From a bacterium (lineage in GTDB: Bacteria > Vulcanimicrobiota > Vulcanimicrobiia > Vulcanimicrobiales > SCRA01): 64,000 nucleotides of DNA. The stretch is taken from positions 22,377 to 86,376 of the forward strand of contig SCRA01000038.1 in NCBI GenBank assembly GCA_004297985.1, written 5' to 3'. Positions 31,439 through 40,790 of this stretch are shown here, piece by piece (position 1 is the stretch's first letter; the number at the start of each line of letters is the position of its first letter). Below the pieces are notes generated by a model, which saw only the letters and a program-made list of their open reading frames with translations, did no database searches and had not been told where the DNA came from. Position numbers and translations under genes: made by a program.

Positions 31439-33020
31439 GGAACATTTACCTACTACGGGACACCGGACCGTGAGACTGTCTCGAAACGGGGTAACGGCCG
31501 CTCCGCCGGCGGCGCACACGCCCTACCTCATCATCGTGGTGGTGATGTTGGGAAACTTCATGGGGCCGCTCTACTCCAGCAGCGCCAACGTGGCACTCCC
31601 CAACCTCATCGCTTCGTTCGGCGCCAACGTCGATACCATGGAGTGGGTCATCACCGGCTACATGCTGGGCTATTCCATCGCGATGCCGCTTGCAGGCTGG
31701 CTGGCCGACACGTATGGGCGCCGGCGCATCTATCTCTTGGGTCTGGCGATCTTCGCGGCGGCTTCCGTCTGTGCGTCGTTAGCGTGGAGCTCGTCAAGCC
31801 TGATTGGCTTTCGCATCGCGCAGGCGATCGGCGGCGGCATCATCTCGCCGACCGGCATGGCCATCATCATGGACGTGGTCCCGCTCGCGCAACGCGGCAA
31901 GGCGCTAGGCCTCTGGGGCATGGGCATGATGCTCGCGCCCGCGTTCGCGCCATGGATCAGCGGGCTCATCCTCGATAACACGGGCGATTGGCGCCCGATC
32001 TTCTTGATGGGCGTACCGATCGGCCTCGCGGGCCTGGTGATGTCGTACGTCTTTCTGCCCAAAAGCGAGGACAGCCGCCACACGCGCGCGGCGTTCGATC
32101 TCTTCGGCTTCGCATCGCTCACCGGCGCGCTGGCGCTCTTCCTGGTGCCGCTTACCCAGGGTAACCGCATCGGCTGGGACGATAGCTCGATCCGTAGCTC
32201 CTTCGTTTGCTCGGCTGTTCTCTTCGCCGCGTTCTTGTGGTGGGAGCTGCGCAGCGAGGAGCCGATGATCGATCTTGGGCTCTTCCGCGATCGCGCGTTC
32301 GCCGTAGCGATCGCGCTGCGCGGCGTGCTCGGTATGGGGTACTATTTCGCGATCTTTCTTTTGCCGCTCTTCACGCAGGACGTCTTGCAATGGGATGCCA
32401 CGGAGTCCGGGCTCGTGCTGATTCCCGGCGGCGTGGCAATGGCCTTCCTCATGCCTGTGTCCGGAACGCTAGCCGATCGCATCGGCCCGCGTCCACTGGT
32501 CGTCACCGGCATGGCGATTGCCGCCTTGGGTACCTATCTCTTCGCCACCATCGATACCACCTGGGGGCCTAACGCGATCGCGCTCGATAACTTGGTGCGA
32601 ACGGCCGCGCTCGGCCTCATGTTCACACCGCTAACCATCGCGGCGCTCACGAACGTGCCGAGGTCGCGCACCGGGCGGGCCTCGGGCGTGCTCAATACCA
32701 TCTGGCAGGTCGGCGGAAGTCTGGGCATCGCGGTCAGCTCGACGTTCCTCACCGCACGCACAGCGGCACATTACAATGCGCTGCGCGAAACCCTCGTGCT
32801 GTCACGGGTACCGATTCGCGAGATGCTGCACCACGTTACGCACCTTGCCGCGGCGAACGGCATGCCGGCGCGCGCCGCCTACGCGATGGTCTATCAGCTT
32901 TACGTGGGAGTTGCCGCCGTGCGCGCCTACGGAGACACGTTCATGTTGGGAGCCATCATTACGGCAGCAAGCGTGCCCATCGCGTTCCTGCTGGCCGGCA
33001 AGCACCGCGCGACGCGTTAG
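31437..33020 (+). CDS. DHA2 family MFS efflux transporter (EmrB/QacA)
   Basis: NVALP, WVITGYML, GWLADTYGRRR, FRIAQAIGGG, QVGGSLGIAV; many TM segments. Confidence 0.93.
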   Translation: MEHLPTTGHRTVRLSRNGVTAAPPAAHTPYLIIVVVMLGNFMGPLYSSSANVALPNLIASFGANVDTMEWVITGYMLGYSIAMPLAGWLADTYGRRRIYLLGLAIFAAASVCASLAWSSSSLIGFRIAQAIGGGIISPTGMAIIMDVVPLAQRGKALGLWGMGMMLAPAFAPWISGLILDNTGDWRPIFLMGVPIGLAGLVMSYVFLPKSEDSRHTRAAFDLFGFASLTGALALFLVPLTQGNRIGWDDSSIRSSFVCSAVLFAAFLWWELRSEEPMIDLGLFRDRAFAVAIALRGVLGMGYYFAIFLLPLFTQDVLQWDATESGLVLIPGGVAMAFLMPVSGTLADRIGPRPLVVTGMAIAALGTYLFATIDTTWGPNAIALDNLVRTAALGLMFTPLTIAALTNVPRSRTGRASGVLNTIWQVGGSLGIAVSSTFLTARTAAHYNALRETLVLSRVPIREMLHHVTHLAAANGMPARAAYAMVYQLYVGVAAVRAYGDTFMLGAIITAASVPIAFLLAGKHRATR

Positions 33021-34465
33021 GGAGCCGGCGTGACCACGAGCTTGCGCACGACGCTGGCCTGCGAGACGCCGCTGGTGATCGAGGCCACCACGTAGAAAGC
33101 CGACGGTGCGTTCACGGCCGGTGCCGTGAGCGTGATCCCGCGCTCCTGACCCGAAACGTCACCCTGTTCGATGACCTGCCCCCTGGCGTCGGTGAGCGTG
33201 ACCAACGCATCGCTATGCGGGCCCGTGATGCGCACGTGCACGCTCTGCCCCGCCACGACGCTGCTCTGCGAGAGCTCGATACCGGCGGACATCGTCTGGC
33301 GTGGTGGTGCCGCCTCGCCCGTGGTTGGAGACTGCGCCGGCGTGCTCTGGGCAATGGTCGCAGCGGGGTGTGCCGCGTTATTAGGCTCGACGACGATGCC
33401 CACGCTCGACATCGCGCGCTGCGGCCCGCGCTCAACCTGGAGCACGACGCGCATCTCCCGCCCGGCGGCCGCCGCCGGTATGCGCAAAAGGCTCGTGCCG
33501 TCGGAGGAGTAGGGGGCGCTCGCCCAGGCCTTGCCGCTGAGATCGAGCAGCCAGATCTTTCCGCTCGTTGCGTCCGCCACGTAGTTGACGTGCACGTCGC
33601 GCCCGGCCTGCGCGGGCGCCGGCGTTACGTTGAGCTCGCCGATCAGGGTCGCGTCATCCGGCGATGAGATGCCGGGCTTCGCAAGCGTGTTTGCCTGCTG
33701 CGGAGGAGCGAGCATGGCGACGGATGCGGTCCGGACGTCGGTACCGAGGGGGCCGACAGCGCGCAGCCGCAGCCGATAGCTCCCGTGCGCGCCGTCATTC
33801 GGGAGTGCGATGCGCAAGATGCCGACGCGCGCTTCGACGGTATCGGCGGCGATCGTGCGGCCGTCGTCCGTGGCCAGGTCGTACTGCAGTGATCCGACCC
33901 CGCCGAAGGCATAGGGTACCTCGAGCGGCGTGCCCGCGACGACGCTGGTTGGCGGCTCGAAGACGGTGAGGCGAGGGATCGACGCGATGACCGCTGCGCC
34001 GGCGGCTGCGAGGAGGAGCAGCAGCGAGAGCCCCCAGCCGAGCAGTGCGAGGACATGCGGCGCACGTTTGGCGGGCGCGGGAGCCTCGACGCGCAGCGCC
34101 GCTCCGCGGCCGGCGACGTCGACCACGAAACGGCTCAGCGCGTCGGGGTGGTCGGTACGCACGAAGACGAAGGTATCCATGACGCCGTTAGGCGCGGCCA
34201 CCAACGGCATCGGGTACACCTCTACCGGAACCTCACCGCCGCGGATCTCGAAACAGCGGCAGAGGACCGTCTCGCTCGTTCCATTGACGACGCGCAGCGC
34301 GTAGGCGGCCACGCCCTTGTGCCGATCGTGCCACGCCAATGCCACGAAGGCGAAGACGCCCTGGTCGGCGAGTCGTATGCCGCCATGCGCCGAAAACGGT
34401 GCCCCGTTGGGCTGGAGCGCCTCCGGACCGGGGAGAGGAACGAGTGTGCCCCCATGAACGCTCAT
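33017..34465 (-). CDS. Bitopic membrane protein with several beta-rich (Ig-like) domains
   Basis: About 135-aa N-terminal region, one TM (LLGWGLSLLLLLAAAG), then repeated modules starting SVVAGTPLEV, PAQAGRDVHV and SVVAGQSVHV. Confidence 0.75.
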   Translation of the reverse strand: MSVHGGTLVPLPGPEALQPNGAPFSAHGGIRLADQGVFAFVALAWHDRHKGVAAYALRVVNGTSETVLCRCFEIRGGEVPVEVYPMPLVAAPNGVMDTFVFVRTDHPDALSRFVVDVAGRGAALRVEAPAPAKRAPHVLALLGWGLSLLLLLAAAGAAVIASIPRLTVFEPPTSVVAGTPLEVPYAFGGVGSLQYDLATDDGRTIAADTVEARVGILRIALPNDGAHGSYRLRLRAVGPLGTDVRTASVAMLAPPQQANTLAKPGISSPDDATLIGELNVTPAPAQAGRDVHVNYVADATSGKIWLLDLSGKAWASAPYSSDGTSLLRIPAAAAGREMRVVLQVERGPQRAMSSVGIVVEPNNAAHPAATIAQSTPAQSPTTGEAAPPRQTMSAGIELSQSSVVAGQSVHVRITGPHSDALVTLTDARGQVIEQGDVSGQERGITLTAPAVNAPSAFYVVASITSGVSQASVVRKLVVTPAP

Positions 34466-34541
34466 CGCGTGCGGGCCGGCTCAGAAGGCGGCGTACCTGA
34501 AGCCATATCTTGCTCCCATCACCTTAGCGGTACTATCGCGA

Positions 34542-35012
34542 CTACTGCGAGATGATCATTTGGGACGTGCTCGTCAGGTTCAAGGTCGTGGAGGGAAGAT
34601 ACGGCGTCAAGAACTGGAACGGGTACTGCACTTGTACCGTTACCAGGCAGCCTGCACCCTGATAGGGCGCGCTCGCGCAGCTTGCGGTGCCTGACCACGT
34701 GGTGGCCACGGTCATCGCGTTTTGATCGATTCCTGGCGAGACGCTCCGAAGGTAGGTCTGAATGTCGGACGGCGCCGCCGGGCATCCGGGCGCCCCGCAC
34801 GACGAGCCCCGCACGATCGCGTACCGCGTTCCTAAACGCGCGGCGTTCGTTACGAGGTGGTAGGTGTAGAGGGCGCGGCCGCATTCGATGATTCCGAACA
34901 CTATTGGCAGCGCGACCGCCATGACGATTGCGAATTCGACCGTGCTGCTGCCCCGCTGGCTTCTCCGCGAGGAACGGGCCTCATTGGGCGACTTGCATGA
35001 TTGCATTGTCAC
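34542..35012 (-). CDS. tadE: TadE/TadG-like pseudopilin
   Basis: RGSSTVEFAIV prepilin motif, hydrophobic helix, NAARLGTRYA. Confidence 0.88.
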   Translation of the reverse strand: MTMQSCKSPNEARSSRRSQRGSSTVEFAIVMAVALPIVFGIIECGRALYTYHLVTNAARLGTRYAIVRGSSCGAPGCPAAPSDIQTYLRSVSPGIDQNAMTVATTWSGTASCASAPYQGAGCLVTVQVQYPFQFLTPYLPSTTLNLTSTSQMIISQ

Positions 35013-35415
35013 TTACCCTGACAGACGTAGGAAGACCGGGGTAATGGAACAGCGACTGGAAGGTCCCCGTCGTGGTGACCTGCACGTAGACGATCCGCCG
35101 GCCCACCGGTGGCACCGCGCACGAGGGCGTACACCAGTACGAGGCCTGTGCGGTCATCCCGGCAAGGCCCTGAGCATCGCTCAGTGCCGCATTCTGCATC
35201 CCGACGGTGTCCGAAGCCGTGCCGATGGTCTGCGCACCGTATTGGACGCCTGCCCGTGCGGCATTTGTAACGACGTCGGCGATCTGCATGTAGCGCCCGA
35301 AATCGATCACCCCTAACAGCAGCAGCGCGAGCAATGGAGCTACGATCGCAAACTCGACGAGGCTGGCCCCCGTCTCCGAGCGGCAAAAGTCGGCAAGAAT
35401 CGTTGCGCGTTGCAC
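34981..35415 (-). CDS. tadE: TadE-like pseudopilin
   Basis: TGASLVEFAIVAPLL, NAARAGVQY. GTG start after GGAG. Confidence 0.88.
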   Translation of the reverse strand: MQRATILADFCRSETGASLVEFAIVAPLLALLLLGVIDFGRYMQIADVVTNAARAGVQYGAQTIGTASDTVGMQNAALSDAQGLAGMTAQASYWCTPSCAVPPVGRRIVYVQVTTTGTFQSLFHYPGLPTSVRVSDNAIMQVAQ

Positions 35416-35422
35416 GTGTCGT

Positions 35423-36571
35423 CTACTCCGCAAGTACCGGTGGGAACAGGGCAGAGTCGGCACTCGTCGCAGCGGGTATCGTCAGCCCGCCCGTATTGCT
35501 CTCCATTTCGCGTGTCACCAGTTTGAAGTACTCGCGGCTCGAGGCATTGATATTGACCTTGGCATTCGGGAAATACAGCATGCCGCCCAACGTCAAACTC
35601 GATGCGTTGACGTTGACCGGCTGCGTCGTCGCCGCGTCGTAGAACAGCATTCCGGCATAGGGCCCGGAGGTCGGGGCCGTAAGGTCCATGGTGGCGCCAT
35701 TGGCCATGAGACGTCCCGTGACATAGATCGTCACGCCGCTGCCGGTGAGGGTCATGCCGGTTTCGCTGAAGTTTCCATCGATGACGTACAGGCCCGGGCT
35801 GAACATCATCGGTCCGGATGCGTTGATTCCGCTGTAGCATCCGGGTATGACCTGCGTGCCCGTCAGTGCCGGGGCGCCTGGGCACCGCGGCGGGGGGTTA
35901 TTGGTCAAGTTGCGGCAGGAGGTGATCGTGAGGCACGGATCGGTCGGCGGGATTGGAGAATTCTGCTGCGGCGTCGCCAACGTGAATGTACCGCCTATGA
36001 CAGAGCCCGTTGCCACGATCGAAGACATCGTCACGGTCGAGTTATTGAAATGCGCATCACCGTTTACGGTAATGCCGCACGTGGGCGCATCGATGTTTTG
36101 GCTGTTCATGATGACGTGGCCATTGAGAATATAGATGCAAGGTCCGCCGGCGTACCCGTGCGCGAGCGCCACGGCCCGCGTGGTGACCCAGTTTACCGAT
36201 CTGCCGAAAATGGCCGAGAAGAAGGCCGGGTGAGATGCCTTGACCAGAACCTCGACCGAACCCGCGTTCCCGGCGTACGAACCCGTCGTGGACGGCGTGT
36301 TGACCGTCACGATGGTATTCACGCCGTCGTTCGTGAAATTATTCTTGGCTGCATCGGCCTGGGCGGCTGTCGTGACGTTCGTCGTGTTGCCGTCGTAGGC
36401 AAGCTGCGAGGCGCCGGCAAAGGCTGCGGCGTCGGCCGCGGTCTGCTGGATTCGCTGGTCGTAGCGCAGGTAGCCCGCGTCGACGGCCAACGCGGCGACC
36501 CCGAGGAGAACTGCGATGATGATCGCCACAAAGGGCAGAACCTGGCCGGCCTCTCTTACACGTCGCGTCAT
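35423..36571 (-). CDS. tadG: TadG-like pilus tip/adhesin protein
   Basis: AGQVLPFVA, LAVDAG, QTAADAAAFAGA; Asn/Thr/Ser-rich beta C-terminus with cysteines (PGCYSG, PGLYVIDG). Confidence 0.85.
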   Translation of the reverse strand: MTRRVREAGQVLPFVAIIIAVLLGVAALAVDAGYLRYDQRIQQTAADAAAFAGASQLAYDGNTTNVTTAAQADAAKNNFTNDGVNTIVTVNTPSTTGSYAGNAGSVEVLVKASHPAFFSAIFGRSVNWVTTRAVALAHGYAGGPCIYILNGHVIMNSQNIDAPTCGITVNGDAHFNNSTVTMSSIVATGSVIGGTFTLATPQQNSPIPPTDPCLTITSCRNLTNNPPPRCPGAPALTGTQVIPGCYSGINASGPMMFSPGLYVIDGNFSETGMTLTGSGVTIYVTGRLMANGATMDLTAPTSGPYAGMLFYDAATTQPVNVNASSLTLGGMLYFPNAKVNINASSREYFKLVTREMESNTGGLTIPAATSADSALFPPVLAE

Positions 36572-36619
36572 GGCAATACGCTTCCCTTGTTCAATCGAGC
36601 TGAGAACGACATTCCTCAC

Positions 36620-38053
36620 TTACCGGGTGACGATCTCCGGCGTCATCACGAAGACGACATCGCTTTGATTGTTCTGATAGTTCGTGGACCGGAAGAGCTT
36701 GCCCAGGATGGGAATGTCGCCGAGGATGGGGACCTTCTGTAGATTGCGCTGCTCGACGTGGCGCAGCATCCCGCCCATGATGATCGACTCGCCCGACTGC
36801 GTGATGATGTCCGTCGAGAGGCGGCTGGTCTTGAGCGCCGGGATGAGAAAGCCGTTGATCTGGACGGCGTCTTGGAAGTCGAGGTCGGAGACCTCCGGCG
36901 CGATCTTCGTCTCCACGCTGCCGTCGCCCAGCAGGGTCGGCGTGATGTTGAGCTGCACGCCGAATTGCTTGTAGATGATGCTCACTTGGCCCAGGCCGGT
37001 AGCGTACGGAATCGGAATCTCTCCGCCTACGAGAAACGTGGCCGGCGACCCGGGCATGGTGACCAGATCCGGCGCGGAGAGCATCCGGGCGTGCCCCTCC
37101 TGCATGAGCAGGTCGATCGTGGGTGCGAGCCGGGTCGTACGGAAGAACGGGCCGACAGTAAAGGGCTTGCCGTCGCCGCGTCCCTCTTCGATAATCGGGA
37201 AGAACGGTGGTCCCAGAACGATCTCATTGGGGTTGTTAGGGTTGGGCGTACCCGACTGGAAGCGCAGGCCGAGCTGACTGGAGGCCGTGCGGTCGATCTC
37301 GAGGATGTAGACTTTGACGTCGACTTGGCTCGTGGTATCCGTGCTGATGCGGTCGATCAGTTTGCCGTCGGCTGCCAAGTAGGGCCCGGCCAGTCCGCGC
37401 GTGCGCTCGAGGATCCCCTGTTCGGTGACCGCGTCGTGCACGTGGCCGCTCACGATGACGTTACCCTTGCCGTCGAGATCGAGCCGCACGTCGTCTGCAC
37501 CCGGAACGCTGCTGAGCTGTTTCTGGAGGTCGCCGATCGGATGCGCAACGGTCACGGCATTGACGATCGTGTACTTCTGCGCTTTCGCCAGCGCATCGAA
37601 GCGTGAGAGAATATCGCTCAAGAGCTGGAAGTGCGCGCCGTCTGCGACGGTGCCTTTGACGACCACCGCGTCGTCGAAGTTCACGACCTGCACGCCGGAA
37701 TCGGCAATGGACGTACGCAGCATCTGCGCGATGTCGTCGAGCTGCTGCTGAGTTACGGTGATGTCGTAGACCGAGCGTTTGTCCCCGGCCCAGACGTAGA
37801 GCGTCGTGTGACCGGGCGACTTGCCGTTCACGACGACCTGAGATCCCGCCACGGGAACCACGCCTGCGATGCGCCCGTCGCCGACGGCAACGCGTGAGAC
37901 GCCTTGCGCCGCGAGAACCACGGAGTGCCCACTTTGCAGAGAGAGCATCGTGATGCTCTGCGCGTTGGCCGGTGAGCTCGAGGCGATGATGACAGCGAAT
38001 GCGCCGGCAACGAGGCCGCCGATTGCGCGAGAGAGAGCTGAATGTGTAGGCAA
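36620..38053 (-). CDS. cpaC: CpaC/RcpA outer-membrane secretin with BON-like domains
   Basis: Signal peptide; VAVGD, GKSPGHTTL; secretin core FLVGGEIPIP, FGVQL, PEVSDLD, KVPILGDIPILGKLFRS. Confidence 0.92.
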   Translation of the reverse strand: MPTHSALSRAIGGLVAGAFAVIIASSSPANAQSITMLSLQSGHSVVLAAQGVSRVAVGDGRIAGVVPVAGSQVVVNGKSPGHTTLYVWAGDKRSVYDITVTQQQLDDIAQMLRTSIADSGVQVVNFDDAVVVKGTVADGAHFQLLSDILSRFDALAKAQKYTIVNAVTVAHPIGDLQKQLSSVPGADDVRLDLDGKGNVIVSGHVHDAVTEQGILERTRGLAGPYLAADGKLIDRISTDTTSQVDVKVYILEIDRTASSQLGLRFQSGTPNPNNPNEIVLGPPFFPIIEEGRGDGKPFTVGPFFRTTRLAPTIDLLMQEGHARMLSAPDLVTMPGSPATFLVGGEIPIPYATGLGQVSIIYKQFGVQLNITPTLLGDGSVETKIAPEVSDLDFQDAVQINGFLIPALKTSRLSTDIITQSGESIIMGGMLRHVEQRNLQKVPILGDIPILGKLFRSTNYQNNQSDVVFVMTPEIVTR

Positions 38054-38073
38054 AGTCGTGACCTCCCGCGGTC

Positions 38074-38130
38074 ATTATGCCACGCTTTTACGCGTTTACG
38101 CGTTAACGCAACGTCCACGCCGGCTAAAAC
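38074..38130 (-). promoter_or_regulatory. cpaC promoter with a multi-box activator motif (copy 1)
   Basis: Minus strand: GTTTTA-N6-GTGGAC-N5-GTTAAC-GC-GTAAAC...TGG-CATAAT. A near-identical layout occurs at 49913-49970. Confidence 0.6.
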
Positions 38131-38210
38131 TTTGCGCGCGCATCCCTCGCGGCTCTTGCATCTGCAGTATTGCGGTGACATGATGCACGCAACCGTCACG
38201 CGGAGGATGG

Positions 38211-38939
38211 ATGATGCGAAAGTTGGTCTGGCCGGTTGGTATCGCGGTTGCGCTGCTCGTCATGCCGTTCGCGGCATCGAGCGCGCAGGGAGATCTTCCG
38301 CTTGCGCGCGTAGCGCATCAATCTGGAATGAGCTACGCGTGGTTGGGCGTGGAGCGCGCGGTTTCGCTGACACGCAAAGGCCTCGTGATCGTCGTCCGCC
38401 CGGGTGCGAACGAGTACGAAGTCAACGACCGCGTCGAGGTGGCGGCACAGGCGCCGCGCTACGCCGCGGGCGATCTCTATGTATCGCCGGTGTTAGCGAA
38501 GCGGATCGAAACGCTTGCTCGTTCGGCCGCGAAGTTCGCCGCATCGGCGCCTAGGGTTCGTGAAGCGGGCGCTGCCATGCCGCGGACGGGTCCGCTGAGC
38601 GGTCAGCTCGCCATCGAGGCACAGCCTCTCGCGGGGCGGGAGGCCATCGTGGTCAACGGTCAGGCACCGCAAGGGGCTCCCGTGACGATCACGCTGTTCG
38701 GCACCCTCTCGTCGGACCTTCCCACCGTGGTGCTCAGCCGCCACGATGTGCAGGCGGACGTGAACGGGAGATTCCAAGCGGTCATCCCGATCGCCAGCGA
38801 CTACGTGCGGGGCAGCATCCTGCACGTGGTGGCGACGTCGGCTCCCGGGGTGAGCCCCGCGTCGGCGCAGTTGATCGTCGGCCCACCGAACCCGCAGGTC
38901 TCGGTTCCGGCCGAGCAAGCCTCACATGAGGTATGGTAA
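38211..38939 (+). CDS. Secreted hypothetical protein (stalk-like N-terminal domain plus Ig-like domain) at the head of the flp operon
   Basis: Signal peptide ending AASSA; APRYAAGDLYVS; VNGQAP...ADVNGRFQA. Confidence 0.7.
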   Translation: MMRKLVWPVGIAVALLVMPFAASSAQGDLPLARVAHQSGMSYAWLGVERAVSLTRKGLVIVVRPGANEYEVNDRVEVAAQAPRYAAGDLYVSPVLAKRIETLARSAAKFAASAPRVREAGAAMPRTGPLSGQLAIEAQPLAGREAIVVNGQAPQGAPVTITLFGTLSSDLPTVVLSRHDVQADVNGRFQAVIPIASDYVRGSILHVVATSAPGVSPASAQLIVGPPNPQVSVPAEQASHEVW

Positions 38940-38982
38940 CCACCTTCTCACACACCCGCTCAATGATAGAGAGGAACTCAAA

Positions 38983-39144
38983 ATGCTCAATCACGTTACG
39001 GCTCTGCTGCGCGATGACGAAGGCGTCACCATGGTGGAGTACGGCCTGATGCTGGCCCTGGTCGCGGTCGTTGCGATCACAGCCGTTAAGCTCCTCGGCA
39101 CGAATGTGTCGACGCTGTTCAACACCATCGCCACGGACGTCTAG
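38983..39144 (+). CDS. flp: Flp pilin 1
   Basis: RDDEG-VTMVEYGLMLALVAVV Flp motif; RBS GAGGA. Confidence 0.93.
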   Translation: MLNHVTALLRDDEGVTMVEYGLMLALVAVVAITAVKLLGTNVSTLFNTIATDV

Positions 39145-39188
39145 GTCCGGCGGCGCGAGCCGTGCACCTCAGAAGAGAAGCACCCGAA

Positions 39189-39222
39189 GCCCGCTCGCGA
39201 GGCAGGCGCCCCGCGAGCGGGC
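39189..39222 (+). terminator. GC-rich stem-loop between the two flp genes
   Basis: GCCCGCTCGCG(39189-99)...CGCGAGCGGGC(39212-22), an 11-bp perfect stem with no U tract. Confidence 0.55.
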
Positions 39223-39242
39223 CCGTCCCAGAGGAGAATGAC

Positions 39243-39404
39243 ATGTTGAGAAGTGCGGCCCCACTGCTGCGAGACGAGAGCGGAACATCGATGGTCGAGT
39301 ACGGCATTCTCCTGGGCTTCATCGCGATCGTCGCTCTGGTCGCCGTGCAGACGTTCGGGCTCGCCGTCCGCGCTCTGTTCACCTCCGACGCGAGCGCGGT
39401 ATAG
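39243..39404 (+). CDS. flp: Flp pilin 2
   Basis: RDESG-TSMVEYGILLGFIAIV; RBS GAGGAG. Confidence 0.9.
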   Translation: MLRSAAPLLRDESGTSMVEYGILLGFIAIVALVAVQTFGLAVRALFTSDASAV

Positions 39405-39408
39405 CCTC

Positions 39409-39942
39409 ATGGCAGGGCTGACCATGCCGCTCGCGTTGATTGTTGTCTTGTTGGTTTCTTTGGCAGCCGCCGCCACCGACGTGGCGACGCGCCGCATCCC
39501 AAATGCCTTGACGGTGCCGCTGGCGGTCGTGGGTCTCGGGGTGAACGCCGCGCAGGGCTGGCACGCGTTGGCGGCCTCCGCCGGGATCATGGCCGCAGTG
39601 CTGGCGGTCGGCATCGTCGCCCATGCAAGCGGGTGGATGGGCGGCGGTGACGTGAAGCTGCTGGCGGCAGGCGCCGGCACGCTCAACTACCCCGATGGAT
39701 TCTCCTTCGTCCTCTACACCTGCCTCGCGGGTGGAGTCGTGGCGCTGATCGCTGGTGTCTTCGCCGGGCGCTTGACCCGCGTCGTGCACTCCGCGCTGGC
39801 GATGACCTCGTCACTAGCGGCCGGCGCCGCACCGCCGCATCCCGTCTCCGGCGTCAAGGTGCCCTATGGCATCGCCATCGCCGCCGGCGCCGTACTCGTT
39901 CCGCTTTCACATTTGGCTCCCGCCTTGAGGCTCCTACGATGA
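39409..39942 (+). CDS. cpaA: A24 prepilin peptidase CpaA/TadV
   Basis: TDVATRRIPN, MGGGDVKL, VPYGIAI. Confidence 0.9.
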   Translation: MAGLTMPLALIVVLLVSLAAAATDVATRRIPNALTVPLAVVGLGVNAAQGWHALAASAGIMAAVLAVGIVAHASGWMGGGDVKLLAAGAGTLNYPDGFSFVLYTCLAGGVVALIAGVFAGRLTRVVHSALAMTSSLAAGAAPPHPVSGVKVPYGIAIAAGAVLVPLSHLAPALRLLR

Positions 39943-40790
39943 ATACTCGCCGAACGACACTCCTGATCGCCCTCGTCCTCGCCCTTGGTACCGGGCTGTT
40001 GATGCTCAACTACGTGCGCACCGTGCAGCAGAACGCGGCGCGCACGAACGAGCCGCGTACCGTTGTCGTGGCGACACAGGACATCCCGGCCCGTGCGCCG
40101 ATCACCGCGCAGATGCTCCAGCGCCAGACGCGGCCGGCGTCGGCGGTGGATCCCGACGCGATCGGTGACGAGTCCAAGGCCGTCGGCGCCTTGGCGCTGA
40201 TCACTATTCCGGCCGGCTCGACGCTGACGGCCTCGAAGATCGGGCGGCCGGCGGAGCTCGCGCTTCCGGTTCGTCTGACGCCGGGCATGCGCGCCGTCAG
40301 CATCCAGGTCGACCGCGTGAAGGACGTCTCGGGCTTGATCCAGCCAGGCGATCGTGTCGACGTGATCGCCGTCCCGCCGCGAACTGGGAATGCGCCGCCA
40401 TCCGCCGCTTCGATTTTGCGTGGATTGCGCGTCCTGGCCATCGGCGCGGTCCTGGAGTCTCCCTCCGCGACGCCACCGCCGCAGGAGAGTGACCGCACGA
40501 CCGTCACGCTGGAAGTGACGCCGAAGCAGGCCGACCTGCTCACGATGGCCGACATAAACACGACCTTGCGCTTAGCCTTGCGCTCGCCGCGCGAGCCCGT
40601 TGCCTCGTTGGATACCGAGCCGCTGCACTTCGCCTCCGCGGGTGCGACGGCGGTTGCCGCGGCACGCGTTGCGGACCCGCCGGCAGCGCGCCCAGCTCAA
40701 CGCTCGTTGCCGCCGGGCGTGATGATCATCGACGGCGACCGGATCACCAGTCTCTCTACCTCGGGCACGAGCGGCGCGGGTGCGCCATGA
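39939..40790 (+). CDS. cpaB: Flp pilus assembly protein CpaB/RcpC
   Basis: N-terminal TM, SAF domain (VVVATQDIPA), PGMRAVSI, GLIQPGDRVDVI, TVTLEVTP. Confidence 0.92.
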   Translation: MNTRRTTLLIALVLALGTGLLMLNYVRTVQQNAARTNEPRTVVVATQDIPARAPITAQMLQRQTRPASAVDPDAIGDESKAVGALALITIPAGSTLTASKIGRPAELALPVRLTPGMRAVSIQVDRVKDVSGLIQPGDRVDVIAVPPRTGNAPPSAASILRGLRVLAIGAVLESPSATPPPQESDRTTVTLEVTPKQADLLTMADINTTLRLALRSPREPVASLDTEPLHFASAGATAVAAARVADPPAARPAQRSLPPGVMIIDGDRITSLSTSGTSGAGAP

